Source of the DNA: Planctomycetales bacterium | Lineage (GTDB): Bacteria; 4484-113; JAFGCY01 | Length of the DNA stretch: 32,000 bases | Assembly: GCA_022646745.1 (NCBI GenBank) | Contig: CP060262.1 | Location: 3,570,001-3,602,000 of the forward strand | Direction: 5' to 3' | In this document: positions 23,435 through 32,000 of the stretch, piece by piece | Position numbering within the stretch: the first letter of the stretch is position 1 | Layout: the number at the start of each line of letters is the position of its first letter | The notes under the pieces: generated by a model | The model's database searches: none | What the model saw: only the letters and a program-made list of their open reading frames with translations | What the model was told of the DNA's origin: nothing | Made by a program: the position numbers and the translations under genes

Positions 23435-24575
23435 TGAGAGTTACCTCCATCGCGGCCTGTGCGGCGCTGTCAACAGCAGGCGCCTGCACGGGGCCAATGA
23501 TTGCAGTCAGGATTGCGGTGGCGAAGATCAGCACCAGGGTCGCCGGCAGCAGCCACTTCCAGCCGAATCGCATCAGCTGGTCGTAGCGCAGGCGCGGGAA
23601 GGTGGCGCGGATCCACATGAAGGTGAAGATCAGCAGGAACAGCTTGACGATGAAGGTCATCGTCGTTGAGAAACCCTTGCCTGTCAGGGATATTGCATCG
23701 CCGTATGCTCCCCATCCCCAGGCCTCCGGCGGACCGGCGGTCCATGTGCCGGCCCAGTAGGTCAGGTCGACGAAGCCGAGGTTCATGTGGTAACCGCCGA
23801 GCAGCATGTGAACGACCATCGCACTCATGGCAACCATCGCGATGTATTCACCCATCGGGAACATCGCGTACTTCATCGAGCTGTATTCGGTGTGGTAGCC
23901 GGCGACGATCTCCGCCTCGCACTCAGGCAGGTCGAAGGGTGTACGACCGGTTTCGGCGAGGCTGGAGATCAGGAACAGGATCGCTGCGGGTGCCAGCACG
24001 ACCAGGTAGGCCCAGTTCCAGTTCTCGCTGCGGTACATCATGCCGAAGTCGTTGATGTTGAGGCTGCCGGTGATCATGATCGGCACCAGCAGGCACAGCC
24101 CAAGCGCCAGCTCATAGCTGATCACCTGGGCGCAGGTGCGCAGGCTGCCGAGGAAGGGATACTTGCTCTGGGAAGACCAGCCGGCGAGGATCAGGCCATA
24201 GGCCGCCATGCTGGACAGTCCGAGGAAGAACAGGATGGCAACCGGCACGCTGGACAGCGCGACCTGCTCACCGACCGGGATCAGTGCGAAGGTGGTGAAG
24301 GAAGCGCTGAGCGTCAGGGTCGGTGCGAGGAAGTACAGCACCTTGTCCGCCTTGCGCGGCACCATTTCCTGCTTGAGCGCGGTCTTCACTCCGTCAGCCA
24401 GTGGCTGCAGCAGGCCCTGCGGACCGACGCGGTTGGGGCCGAGGCGCCACTGGAAGAACGAGAGGATGCGCCGCTCCGTGTAAGTCAGGTAGGCGAAGGT
24501 CGTCAGCAGCACGAAGATCATCAGGCCTCCGCGCACGATCAGGTTGACGACCTGGGGAGTGAATATCTCAGCCAT
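23421..24575 (-). CDS. nuoH: NADH-quinone oxidoreductase subunit H
   Basis: Carries TERRILSFFQWRLGPNRVGPQGLLQPLADGVK and EAEIVAGYHTEYS. TGATG overlap with nuoG. Confidence 0.95.
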   Translation of the reverse strand: MAEIFTPQVVNLIVRGGLMIFVLLTTFAYLTYTERRILSFFQWRLGPNRVGPQGLLQPLADGVKTALKQEMVPRKADKVLYFLAPTLTLSASFTTFALIPVGEQVALSSVPVAILFFLGLSSMAAYGLILAGWSSQSKYPFLGSLRTCAQVISYELALGLCLLVPIMITGSLNINDFGMMYRSENWNWAYLVVLAPAAILFLISSLAETGRTPFDLPECEAEIVAGYHTEYSSMKYAMFPMGEYIAMVAMSAMVVHMLLGGYHMNLGFVDLTYWAGTWTAGPPEAWGWGAYGDAISLTGKGFSTTMTFIVKLFLLIFTFMWIRATFPRLRYDQLMRFGWKWLLPATLVLIFATAILTAIIGPVQAPAVDSAAQAAMEVTLNARH

Positions 24576-27040
24576 CAGGCACCGCTCCCGGCCAGGCTGG
24601 CCTTCTTGATGCCGGCGGAGGTGAATCCGGGGCCGCCGGCGGAGTTGGCCGGTGCGGTATGGCAGAAGTCGTTGACCACGACGCTGCCGCTGCGCACCCA
24701 GTCGCGCTCCTTCGCTGTCAGGGTAATGCCGCCGATGGCGACCGTGTCACCGTCACTGATACCCTGGGCCTGCATGTCGGCCGGGTTCATGAATGCATGG
24801 AAGGGCATTGCCACCTTCCCGAACACCGGGCTGTTGGCAAGCAGGTCGCGGTCGTTGTAGAGGAAGCTCTTCGGGATGACGACCAGCTCCCCTGCCCCGG
24901 CGCCGTATTCGGCGGGCAGTTCACTCACCGCGCTGCGGTTGGCATTCAGCTTGGCACGCGGCGTGACCAGCACTCCCTTGTAGGGGAACTTGCCGAACTC
25001 GTCGCGCGGCCAGAATTCGAGGTTGTGGCGCAGCTGGCTGTACATGTCCTCGGTGGTGCCGAGGAAGCCGCGCTGCATGTCGCCGGAGATGCCGTTGACA
25101 AGCTCGGACAGCGAGGGGGCCACGCTGTCGATCTGGCCACGGCGGCGCTTCTGCACGCGCCACTCCAGGCTGACGACGGTGCCATCGAAGTGTGCCCAGG
25201 TGCCGAGCGGCAGGTGGAAGCTGCAGTGCGTGCTGGTTGGGTTGCCGAAGCTGCCGGCATAGACGGTCAGCCCAGTGGCCTTGAGGGCCTTCTCCACCAG
25301 CTGGCGGTCCGGGTAGCGGCTCAGGGTGTCGTAGTCACAGATGAACAGCGCCTTGAGCTGCCCGTCCGCGGCTGCCTTGAGCACCTTGCCGATGCCGCCG
25401 CAGCTTTCCTTGCCACTGCCGGGACGGCCGAACTTGGTGAACCAGCCGGCCAGCAGGGCTCCCGCCGAATTGGCAGAGGGATAAACGGCGTTGCTGTACA
25501 CAGCGCAGTCCGGGTTGGCACGGCGGATCGCATCGCGCAGGTCCTGGATGGCGACGATCACCTCGCGGGCCTGAGGGTCTCTCCAGACCTCGCTGCCGTA
25601 GAGGATCGCGCAGTCATCGCCGACCTGCCTGAGGCTGTCCGCCAGCCTGTCTCCCTCCGGTGTGCGGGCACCGCTGCCCAGCAGGGCATTGGTTGCGCTG
25701 CGCACGGTGCGCAGCAGGTTGCCATATCCGTAGTCAATGTATGTCGCGAAGTCATCGGCCTTGCTGCCGTGGCTGCGCAGGTTGACGAGCCGGCGGTGGC
25801 GCTTGCGCACCTCCACGTTGGCACGCAGGCCGAGCACCGGGGCCTCCTCCCAGAGGTCCGTGCCGATCGTGAGGATCGTGGAGGCCGCGAGGATGTGTTC
25901 GATGCTGGTGGCACCGCTCAGCAGTGCGTCCAGCACCACCTCGCTCATGCCCTCCGGACCGGCCAGATCCTCACCGAAGGCATACCAGCGGGTGTCCAGC
26001 ACGCGGGTGGCGAAGTGCCTGAGCGACATGTACTCTTCGGTCGTGCGGTTGCCACCGGCGATCACGCCGACACTGTCGGAGGGATGCTCCTCGAGGATCG
26101 CACTGAGTTTCTCCGCCAGCAGTTCCTGGGCCATCGCCAGCTTCACGCTGCGGGTCTCGCCGTTGTCATGCACCAGCGCCTTGCGCAGGCGGGAAGGGTC
26201 GTCGATCGATTCCCAGCTGAAGCGCGTGGCGTCGTCAAGCATGCCGACGTCCACCGCCTCGTTCTCACGCGGGATAATGCGGGCCACATGCCCGAGGCGG
26301 CCGTTGAGCCAGATGTTCGTGCCGGTGCTGTCGAGGCTGGCGACGCTGGCCGTCAGCTCCTGCTCCCAGGGCCGTCCCATAGTGAAGCGGTAGTTCGTCG
26401 CCGTCAGGGCGCCGACCGGACAGATGTCAATCACGTTGCCACTGAAGTACGGCAGGTCGTCGGAGGTCGGGTAGGATTCGATCCAGCTCTCGGCCCCGCG
26501 GCTGACCATCTTCAGCAGGTGGCTGTTGTCAATCTCGTCGGTGAAGCCCACGCAGCGCTTGCAGTGGATGCAGCGCTTGTAGTTGATCTGGATGTAGGCG
26601 TTCATCTGGCGGTCTGAGCGCACCTTCTTGTTCTCGGTGTAGCGCCCCTCGCCGCAGCCGTGCTCGTAGGTCTGGTCCTGCAGCATGCACTCGCCGCCCT
26701 TGTCACAGACCGGGCATTCCAGCGGATGGTTGATCAGGTGGAACTCAAGCTGCTCCCTGCGGGCCGTCAGCACCTCGTCCACCCGGGTCTCCACGCTCAT
26801 GCCTTCGGCGGGTGTGATCGCGCAGGAGATCTGCAGCTTGGGCATCGGCTTGCCGTTCCAGCTCACCTTGACCATGCACATCCGGCATGCCCCGAGCGGG
26901 TCGAGCCACTTGTGCGCGCAGAAGTACGGGATGTCGAAGCCCTGGTCACGCAGGCCCCAGAGGATCGGCTTGTCCTTGCGCAGGCTGACGGGCTTGCCGT
27001 CAACCTCAATCGTCACGTATTCGATGTCCTTGATCGCCAT
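24575..27040 (-). CDS. nuoG: NADH-quinone oxidoreductase subunit G
   Basis: N1b 2Fe-2S cysteines (YFCAH..GACRMCMV..SC), N5 (HPLECPVCDKGGEC) and N4 (CIHCKRCVGF..DICPVGA) are present. The N7 cysteines appear replaced (ASVASLDSTGTN, MLDDATRF). Confidence 0.95.
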   Translation of the reverse strand: MAIKDIEYVTIEVDGKPVSLRKDKPILWGLRDQGFDIPYFCAHKWLDPLGACRMCMVKVSWNGKPMPKLQISCAITPAEGMSVETRVDEVLTARREQLEFHLINHPLECPVCDKGGECMLQDQTYEHGCGEGRYTENKKVRSDRQMNAYIQINYKRCIHCKRCVGFTDEIDNSHLLKMVSRGAESWIESYPTSDDLPYFSGNVIDICPVGALTATNYRFTMGRPWEQELTASVASLDSTGTNIWLNGRLGHVARIIPRENEAVDVGMLDDATRFSWESIDDPSRLRKALVHDNGETRSVKLAMAQELLAEKLSAILEEHPSDSVGVIAGGNRTTEEYMSLRHFATRVLDTRWYAFGEDLAGPEGMSEVVLDALLSGATSIEHILAASTILTIGTDLWEEAPVLGLRANVEVRKRHRRLVNLRSHGSKADDFATYIDYGYGNLLRTVRSATNALLGSGARTPEGDRLADSLRQVGDDCAILYGSEVWRDPQAREVIVAIQDLRDAIRRANPDCAVYSNAVYPSANSAGALLAGWFTKFGRPGSGKESCGGIGKVLKAAADGQLKALFICDYDTLSRYPDRQLVEKALKATGLTVYAGSFGNPTSTHCSFHLPLGTWAHFDGTVVSLEWRVQKRRRGQIDSVAPSLSELVNGISGDMQRGFLGTTEDMYSQLRHNLEFWPRDEFGKFPYKGVLVTPRAKLNANRSAVSELPAEYGAGAGELVVIPKSFLYNDRDLLANSPVFGKVAMPFHAFMNPADMQAQGISDGDTVAIGGITLTAKERDWVRSGSVVVNDFCHTAPANSAGGPGFTSAGIKKASLAGSGA

Positions 27041-28446
27041 CAGCTGGCCTCCACCTCGGCGGCCTCTTCAGAACCGGCCGGGGATGCGGAACCGTTGCCA
27101 TTTTCCTTGAGCGCGTTGAAGCGGCTGCTCTTCTCGATCCAGGCGATGTAGTCCTCGGGGAAACGCTCCACCGCACTGCGCACCGGCCAGGCCGCCGCGT
27201 CACCAAGCGGGCAGAAGCTCTTGGCCTCGATGCCGTTGATGATGTCAATCAGCAGGTCGAGGTCCTCCATCGTGCCACCGCCGTCGAGGATGCGCTGGTG
27301 GATCTGCAGCATCCAGCGTGTGCCCTCGCGGCAGGGTGTGCACTTGCCGCAGGACTCATGCGCGTAGAACTTGCTGAAGTTGCGCATCACGCCGACCATG
27401 TCGATGCTGTCGTCCAGCACGATCATCGCTGCACTGCCGAGCATAGACCCGCCGGCCACGCAGCCCTCGTAGTCGAAGGGCACGTCGTAGGCGGCCTCGC
27501 CCTTGATCACCGGGCAGCTTGAACCGCCGGGGATCAGGCCCTTGAGCTTGCGGCCGGGCAGCAGGCCGCCGGCCAGCTCGTTGACGATCACGCCGATCGG
27601 AGTGCCGTACTCGATCTCCCACCAGCCGGGGTTGCGCACGCAGCCACTGACGCTGACGATCTTGATGCCGGGGCTCTTCTCCGTGCCACGGGCCGTGAAC
27701 CAGCCGGCGCCGGCATCGATGATGGCCGGGGCGCAGGCGATGGACTCCACGTTGTTGATGATCGTCGGCTTGCGGAACACGCCCTCAATCGCCGGGAAGG
27801 GGGGCTTCATCTTCGGGTGGCCGCGGCTGCCCTCGATCGAGGACAGCATGCTGGTCTCCTCGCCGCAGATGTAGGCGCCGGCGCCGGTGTGCACCTGGAA
27901 GTGCATGCGCTTGCCGGTGCCGAACACGTTGTCACCGAGGTAACCCTTGGCGTAGCATTCCTTGACAGCGTCGTCCAGCAGGCGCAGGCTGTCGTAGAAC
28001 TCGCCACGGATGTAGCAGTAGGTCTGCTCCGCCCCGATCGCGTGCATCGCGATCATCGCGCCCTCGATCAGGCGGTGCGGGCAGTCCTCCATGATGTAGC
28101 GGTCCTTGAAGGTGCCGGGCTCGCCCTCGTCGCCATTGATGGCGAGGTACTTCGGGCCCGGATGGTCCTTGGGCACGAAGCTCCACTTGAGCCCCGTCGG
28201 GAAGCCGGCGCCGCCCTTGCCGCGCAGGCCGGAGGCCTTCACCTCGTCGATCACCTGCTCCGGGCTCATGTTGTTGAGCACGTGCTGGATCGCGCGGTAG
28301 CCGCCGGGCTTGCCGTCCGGCACGTAGCGGGCCTTGCTTTCGTAGTCAGCCAGTGAACGGATGCCGATCTCGTTGTCGAGCGCGGAGACGGGCGTGATGC
28401 ACTCGTGGCGGATACCGTTCATCAGGATGGGATTTCCCTTAGCCAT
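27040..28446 (-). CDS. nuoF: NADH-quinone oxidoreductase subunit F
   Basis: Carries the FMN/NADH-site motif GLRGKGGAGFPTGLKW and the N3 cluster ESCGKCTPCREG..FCPLGDAA. The C-terminal tail is acidic and Ser-rich. Confidence 0.95.
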   Translation of the reverse strand: MAKGNPILMNGIRHECITPVSALDNEIGIRSLADYESKARYVPDGKPGGYRAIQHVLNNMSPEQVIDEVKASGLRGKGGAGFPTGLKWSFVPKDHPGPKYLAINGDEGEPGTFKDRYIMEDCPHRLIEGAMIAMHAIGAEQTYCYIRGEFYDSLRLLDDAVKECYAKGYLGDNVFGTGKRMHFQVHTGAGAYICGEETSMLSSIEGSRGHPKMKPPFPAIEGVFRKPTIINNVESIACAPAIIDAGAGWFTARGTEKSPGIKIVSVSGCVRNPGWWEIEYGTPIGVIVNELAGGLLPGRKLKGLIPGGSSCPVIKGEAAYDVPFDYEGCVAGGSMLGSAAMIVLDDSIDMVGVMRNFSKFYAHESCGKCTPCREGTRWMLQIHQRILDGGGTMEDLDLLIDIINGIEAKSFCPLGDAAAWPVRSAVERFPEDYIAWIEKSSRFNALKENGNGSASPAGSEEAAEVEAS

Positions 28447-28453
28447 GTATCAG

Positions 28454-29206
28454 TCAGAGCTCCTTTGCTGCTGCGGCGATCTCCGCATGGAGCGCCGGGT
28501 TGTCATTCTTCAGGTCGCCGAACTTGCCGAAGCCGTCAATCACCTTCATCGCATCGCCGCTGCCCTCCAGCACGCAGGGGTACTGGTTGCGCGTCGTCAC
28601 CAGCCAGACCCAGTTGCGGTCGTCGGGTGCGTTCTGCTTCTTCTCCATGCGCACGAAGCGCTCGCGCAGGGCATCGGCCTTGCCGGCGGCGAGGTCGTCA
28701 AGGATCGCGTCAAACAGCTCGACGGTCAGGTTGTTGCTCCAGGTCGGGGTGAAGTGCTCACCGCGCTGCAGGAACTGCAGGCTCGGCGGGTTGTGGCAGT
28801 CGCACAGGCATTCCACCATCAGCAGCGTGAACTTGCCGTCCGCAGTGATCTCACCGACACCCTTGCCGTACTTGGCAATGAAGTGCTCCTTGAGCGCGGC
28901 GGCCCCGCCCCACTCGCAGTTCCAGGTGTCGCACAGGCCGACGATGTACTCGCCGGTGGGCTTCTGCAGGATCATCGTGTAGAAGTCGATGACCGCCTCC
29001 ACCTCGCCGTAGGGCACCTTCAGCAGCTTGCCGATCGCCATTGCCACTTCATCAGTGACATGGCCGTAGTACTTCTGGGCCTCGATCAGGGTCGGGATCA
29101 GCATCGCCTTGGAGTTGGGGTACTGCGAGGCAATCCCCTTCACGAAGTCGGTGATCTGCTTTGGCAGTTCAGCCGGGTTTATGTCTTTAGTATGCAGCTC
29201 TGGCAT
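28454..29206 (-). CDS. nuoE: NADH-quinone oxidoreductase subunit E (with a C-terminal extension)
   Basis: 2Fe-2S ligands are GLCDTWNC (C-x4-C) and VECLCDCHNPP (C-x3-C). GGAGGG lies upstream of the ATG. At 250 aa it exceeds E. coli NuoE (~166 aa). Confidence 0.93.
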   Translation of the reverse strand: MPELHTKDINPAELPKQITDFVKGIASQYPNSKAMLIPTLIEAQKYYGHVTDEVAMAIGKLLKVPYGEVEAVIDFYTMILQKPTGEYIVGLCDTWNCEWGGAAALKEHFIAKYGKGVGEITADGKFTLLMVECLCDCHNPPSLQFLQRGEHFTPTWSNNLTVELFDAILDDLAAGKADALRERFVRMEKKQNAPDDRNWVWLVTTRNQYPCVLEGSGDAMKVIDGFGKFGDLKNDNPALHAEIAAAAKEL

Positions 29207-29209
29207 TGA

Positions 29210-29527
29210 TCAGCCCTCCCCCGCCGGTTCAGCATTGGCCAGGCGCGCAGCTTCCTGCTGGGCCTCGACATCCTGCTGGAAAGTGTCGCTGGCGAAGATC
29301 GCCGCGATGTTGTCATTGGGGATGAACAGGTCACCTTCAAAGAATTTCTTCTGGCCGGTATTGCGGTTGACCAGCGGGTAGCGTTTCCACTCCAGCCAGA
29401 CACCTGTCGGGTCGACGGCCACGACCTTGCTGAGGAACATGTCGGTCGGCAGGCCGAAGCTCTCCGTCCAGCGCTTGTCGCGCAGGCGGATGAATACGAG
29501 GTGGCCGTTGTACTTCTCGAGATGCAT
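29210..29527 (-). CDS. Uncharacterised 105-aa protein encoded inside the nuo operon between nuoD and nuoE
   Basis: The ATG shares one base with the nuoD TGA (TGATG). Its stop lies 3 nt before the nuoE ATG, and its last codons carry the nuoE SD. Third-position GC is as high as in the nuo genes. I recognise no family motif. Confidence 0.7.
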   Translation of the reverse strand: MHLEKYNGHLVFIRLRDKRWTESFGLPTDMFLSKVVAVDPTGVWLEWKRYPLVNRNTGQKKFFEGDLFIPNDNIAAIFASDTFQQDVEAQQEAARLANAEPAGEG

Positions 29528-30744
29528 CAGCGGTCGACCTCCCCGAGCACGATGTCAATCGCGCCGATCACGGCCACCACGTCGGCGATCAGCTCGCCCT
29601 CGCACATCTCCGGCAGCGCTGCCAGGTTGACGAAGCTCGCACCGCGGACCTTGACGCGCAGCGGCTTGGCGCTGCCATCGCTGACTACGTAGAAGCCCAG
29701 TTCGCCCTTGCCACTCTCGATCGAGGCATAGGCCTCACCGGCCGGTGGCTTGATGCCCTCCGTCCAGTACTTGAAGTGGTGGATGTTGCGCTCGATGTCC
29801 TTGTAGATGTCGGCACGCTTGGGCGGTGTGAACTCACGCAGCTCCCACATGTGCGTCTCAGGCTCGGTCTGCTTGAGCTTGTCCAGCGCCTGCAGCACGA
29901 TGCGGCGGGACTGGTAGAACTCCTCCATACGGACCAGGTAGCGGGCGTAGACATCGCCCTCCTGCTCCACCGGAATGTCAAAGTCAAATTCCTCGAAACG
30001 GCAGTAGGGCCGGTCCTTGCGCAGGTCCATTTCAATGCCGACCGCTCGCAGCAGCGGCCCCATCAGGCCATAGCTGATACAGCGCTCACGCGACATCGGG
30101 CCAATGCCCTTGGTGCGCTCCAGCCAGATCGGGTTCTTCGTGAGCAGCCCGTGCAGGCGGTCGATCTCCTTGCCGAAGCCCTCCGCCCAGGTGCGGACCA
30201 TCTCGTCGAAGCCCTCAGGCACGTCCTCCTTGCAGCCACCGATGCGGATGTAGCTCGTCATCATGCGCTGGCCGCCGACGAACTCGTAGATGTCCAGCAG
30301 CTTCTCGCGCTCCGCGGTGCCGTACATGAAGGCCGTGCTGGCTCCGATGTCCAGCGCGTGGGTGGCAATCCACAACAGGTGGCTCATGCAGCGGGAAATC
30401 TCGTGCATGATCACGCGGATGTAGCTCGCCCGTGCCGGGATCTCGCCGCCGATCAGCTTCTCCACCGCCAGGCAGTAGGCCAGCTCATTGTTCATCGGGG
30501 CCAGGTAGTCCATCCGGCAGTAGTGTGTGATGTTCTGGGTATAGTTGTGGTGCTCGCTGAGCTTCTCGATGCCGGTGTGCAGGTAGCCGATGTGCGGGAT
30601 GCATTTCATCACGCGCTCGCCGTCCAGCTCCAGCACGAGGCGCAGCACGCCGTGTGTGCTCGGGTGCTGCGGGCCCATGTTGATGACCATCAGCTTGCCG
30701 GGTTCGTTCTGCTCAATTGTCAGGTTCTGCAGGTCCATCGACAT
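29527..30744 (-). CDS. nuoD: NADH-quinone oxidoreductase subunit D
   Basis: Carries INMGPQHPSTHGVLRL and IGYLHTGIEKL, and ends in the typical DIVLGEVDR. Confidence 0.96.
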   Translation of the reverse strand: MSMDLQNLTIEQNEPGKLMVINMGPQHPSTHGVLRLVLELDGERVMKCIPHIGYLHTGIEKLSEHHNYTQNITHYCRMDYLAPMNNELAYCLAVEKLIGGEIPARASYIRVIMHEISRCMSHLLWIATHALDIGASTAFMYGTAEREKLLDIYEFVGGQRMMTSYIRIGGCKEDVPEGFDEMVRTWAEGFGKEIDRLHGLLTKNPIWLERTKGIGPMSRERCISYGLMGPLLRAVGIEMDLRKDRPYCRFEEFDFDIPVEQEGDVYARYLVRMEEFYQSRRIVLQALDKLKQTEPETHMWELREFTPPKRADIYKDIERNIHHFKYWTEGIKPPAGEAYASIESGKGELGFYVVSDGSAKPLRVKVRGASFVNLAALPEMCEGELIADVVAVIGAIDIVLGEVDR

Positions 30745-30752
30745 AGCTGCCC

Positions 30753-31301
30753 CTAGTTCTCCAGGATATCGAACTTCGCTTCCGGCTCGGCCACGCTCGC
30801 ACCGAGTTTCCAGACCGGCTTGCCGTCATACGGGTAGTCACGGCGCAGCGGGTGCCCGTCCCAGTTCTCCGGCAGCAGGATGCGCCGCTGGTCGGGATGG
30901 CCCTTGAAGTTGATGCCGTACAGGTCGTAGGCCTCACGCTCGTGCCAGTTTGAGGCCATGAAGATGTCGGCGACGCTGTCAATCTCGGGCAGGTCCTTCT
31001 CGCTGCCGGTGTCCGCCAGGCGGCAGCGCACCCGGATGCGGTTGGCAGTGTCCACGCTATACATGTCGTAGACCAGCTCGAAGCGCGGTTCCTGCGGATG
31101 GTAGTCAACCACCGTCATGTAGCTCATCAGGTCAAAGCGCAGTCCGTCGGCATCACGCAGCTTCGTGAGCACCTCGCGGATGCTGCCGGCAGGCACCAGG
31201 ATCGAGAGGTCGCCGGCGGCGGTAGAGCTGTCCATGAGCATGTTGCCAAGTTCGTTCTTCGCCAGCTCTAGCAGCTGGTCGGCTGTCCTGAGGTCCGCCA
31301 T
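30753..31301 (-). CDS. nuoC: NADH-quinone oxidoreductase subunit C
   Basis: Carries NWHEREAYDLYGINFKGHPDQRRILLPENWDGHPLRRDY. TAATG overlap with nuoB. Encoded separately from nuoD, not fused. Confidence 0.94.
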   Translation of the reverse strand: MADLRTADQLLELAKNELGNMLMDSSTAAGDLSILVPAGSIREVLTKLRDADGLRFDLMSYMTVVDYHPQEPRFELVYDMYSVDTANRIRVRCRLADTGSEKDLPEIDSVADIFMASNWHEREAYDLYGINFKGHPDQRRILLPENWDGHPLRRDYPYDGKPVWKLGASVAEPEAKFDILEN

Positions 31302-31870
31302 TACTTGCCGTCCATCCTGCCCGAGGGCTCAGCCTTGGGGTTCATGGCACGGCCGGTGCGGATCTTGTTCTGCAGCTTGATCAGGCCGTCCTGCAGCGCT
31401 TCGGGGCGCGGCGGGCAGCCGGGGATGTAGAGGTCAACAGGGATGATGTGGTCCACGCCGGGCACGATGCTGTAGGTCTGGAACACGCCGCCGCAGCTGG
31501 CGCAGGCGCCCATGCTGATCACCCACTTGGGGTGCGGCATCTGCTCGTACAGCTCGCGGATCACGGGAGCCATCTTCCAGCTCAGGCGGCCGGGCACGAT
31601 CATCAGGTCGGCCTGGCGCGGGGAGGCACGGAACACCTCACTGCCGAAGCGGCTCTGGTCGAAGCGCGCCGCACTGGAGGCCATCATCTCGATGGCGCAG
31701 CAGGCCAGGCCGAAAGCCATCGGCCAAAGGCTGTTGGTCTGGGCCACGCGCAACATCCAGTCCAGCTTGGTCATCAGGATTGAGCTGTCGCCGGGATTCC
31801 AGTTGTCAATGTATGGCCGGATGTCCGTGTTCGACGGAGCATTGATCAGCCTCGTATCGGGATTCGTCAT
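31301..31870 (-). CDS. nuoB: NADH-quinone oxidoreductase subunit B
   Basis: N2 cluster motifs are present: [18 protein letters not shown] and [12 protein letters not shown] overlap with nuoA. Confidence 0.96.
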   Translation of the reverse strand: MTNPDTRLINAPSNTDIRPYIDNWNPGDSSILMTKLDWMLRVAQTNSLWPMAFGLACCAIEMMASSAARFDQSRFGSEVFRASPRQADLMIVPGRLSWKMAPVIRELYEQMPHPKWVISMGACASCGGVFQTYSIVPGVDHIIPVDLYIPGCPPRPEALQDGLIKLQNKIRTGRAMNPKAEPSGRMDGK

Positions 31871-32000
31871 TGCCTGAGCTCCTTGGGAGGCGGCGGGCCT
31901 TCGTGGCCCCAGTCGAAGATGCCGCTCCTGAGGTCGTACATGTATCCGATCACAAGCACGATGAAGAACGGCGCCATGATGCCCAGCCAGTAGGCGGTGG
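31867..32000 (-). CDS. nuoA: NADH-quinone oxidoreductase subunit A (3' part, runs off the right edge)
   Basis: My own translation of the minus strand gives ...[41 protein letters not shown], with TGA at 31869-31867 overlapping the nuoB ATG. It looks like a NuoA C-terminal TM plus the W-containing tail. Confidence 0.8.
   Translation of the reverse strand, partial: TAYWLGIMAPFFIVLVIGYMYDLRSGIFDWGHEGPPPPKELRQ

Noticed and set aside
24659-26617. 652-aa ORF on the plus strand, antisense to nuoG. Similar long antisense ORFs lie at 16594-17673, 18306-19877, 20272-21318, 23787-24860, 28361-29209, 29776-30756, 11387-12676, 5875-6735 and 6871-7851.
   Set aside because: Same reasoning. Each lies opposite a confidently identified gene, has shadow-ORF composition and no recognisable motifs, and none has a credible independent SD or promoter.

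Overview
High-GC bacterial chromosomal segment, roughly 60-70% GC in the spot-counted lines of core genes. It is densely coding and mostly housekeeping. All identifications come from motif recognition by eye; no searches were run.

Plus strand, left to right:
- a partial 3' gene end
- a family-4 uracil-DNA glycosylase translationally coupled to two tandem HAD-hydrolase paralogues
- a livHMGF-type ABC importer with no binding-protein gene
- murI-rph
- a phosphohexomutase

Next comes a minus-strand block (9916-14723) of visibly lower GC, about 47-60% in spot-counted lines. It encodes a 623-aa lipoprotein, a YhhQ/VUT-family transporter, and two distantly paralogous exported proteins with a small ORF between them.

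After that come tsaD and a DUF2344-type gene on the plus strand. The rest of the window is a complete complex I operon on the minus strand (nuoA partial, then B C D, an extra 105-codon ORF, then E F G H I J K L M N). Nearly every junction in it is a stop/start overlap.

I saw no rRNA, tRNA, CRISPR array, IS or transposase, integrase, or recognisable defence system, and I cannot point to a clear multi-gene novel system.

The most promising unexplained items are:
1. the uncharacterised ORF wedged between nuoD and nuoE
2. the two paralogous exported-protein genes, each preceded by the identical 11-mer GCTGCTAAACT exactly 6 nt before its start codon (extended -10, leaderless geometry)
3. a ~120-aa loop insertion in the LivH-like permease
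4. a self-contained minus-strand promoter / hairpin / 51-codon ORF / terminator cassette at 100-360
5. a His- and acid-rich insertion in NuoL

The many long ORFs antisense to known genes look like GC-driven shadow ORFs.
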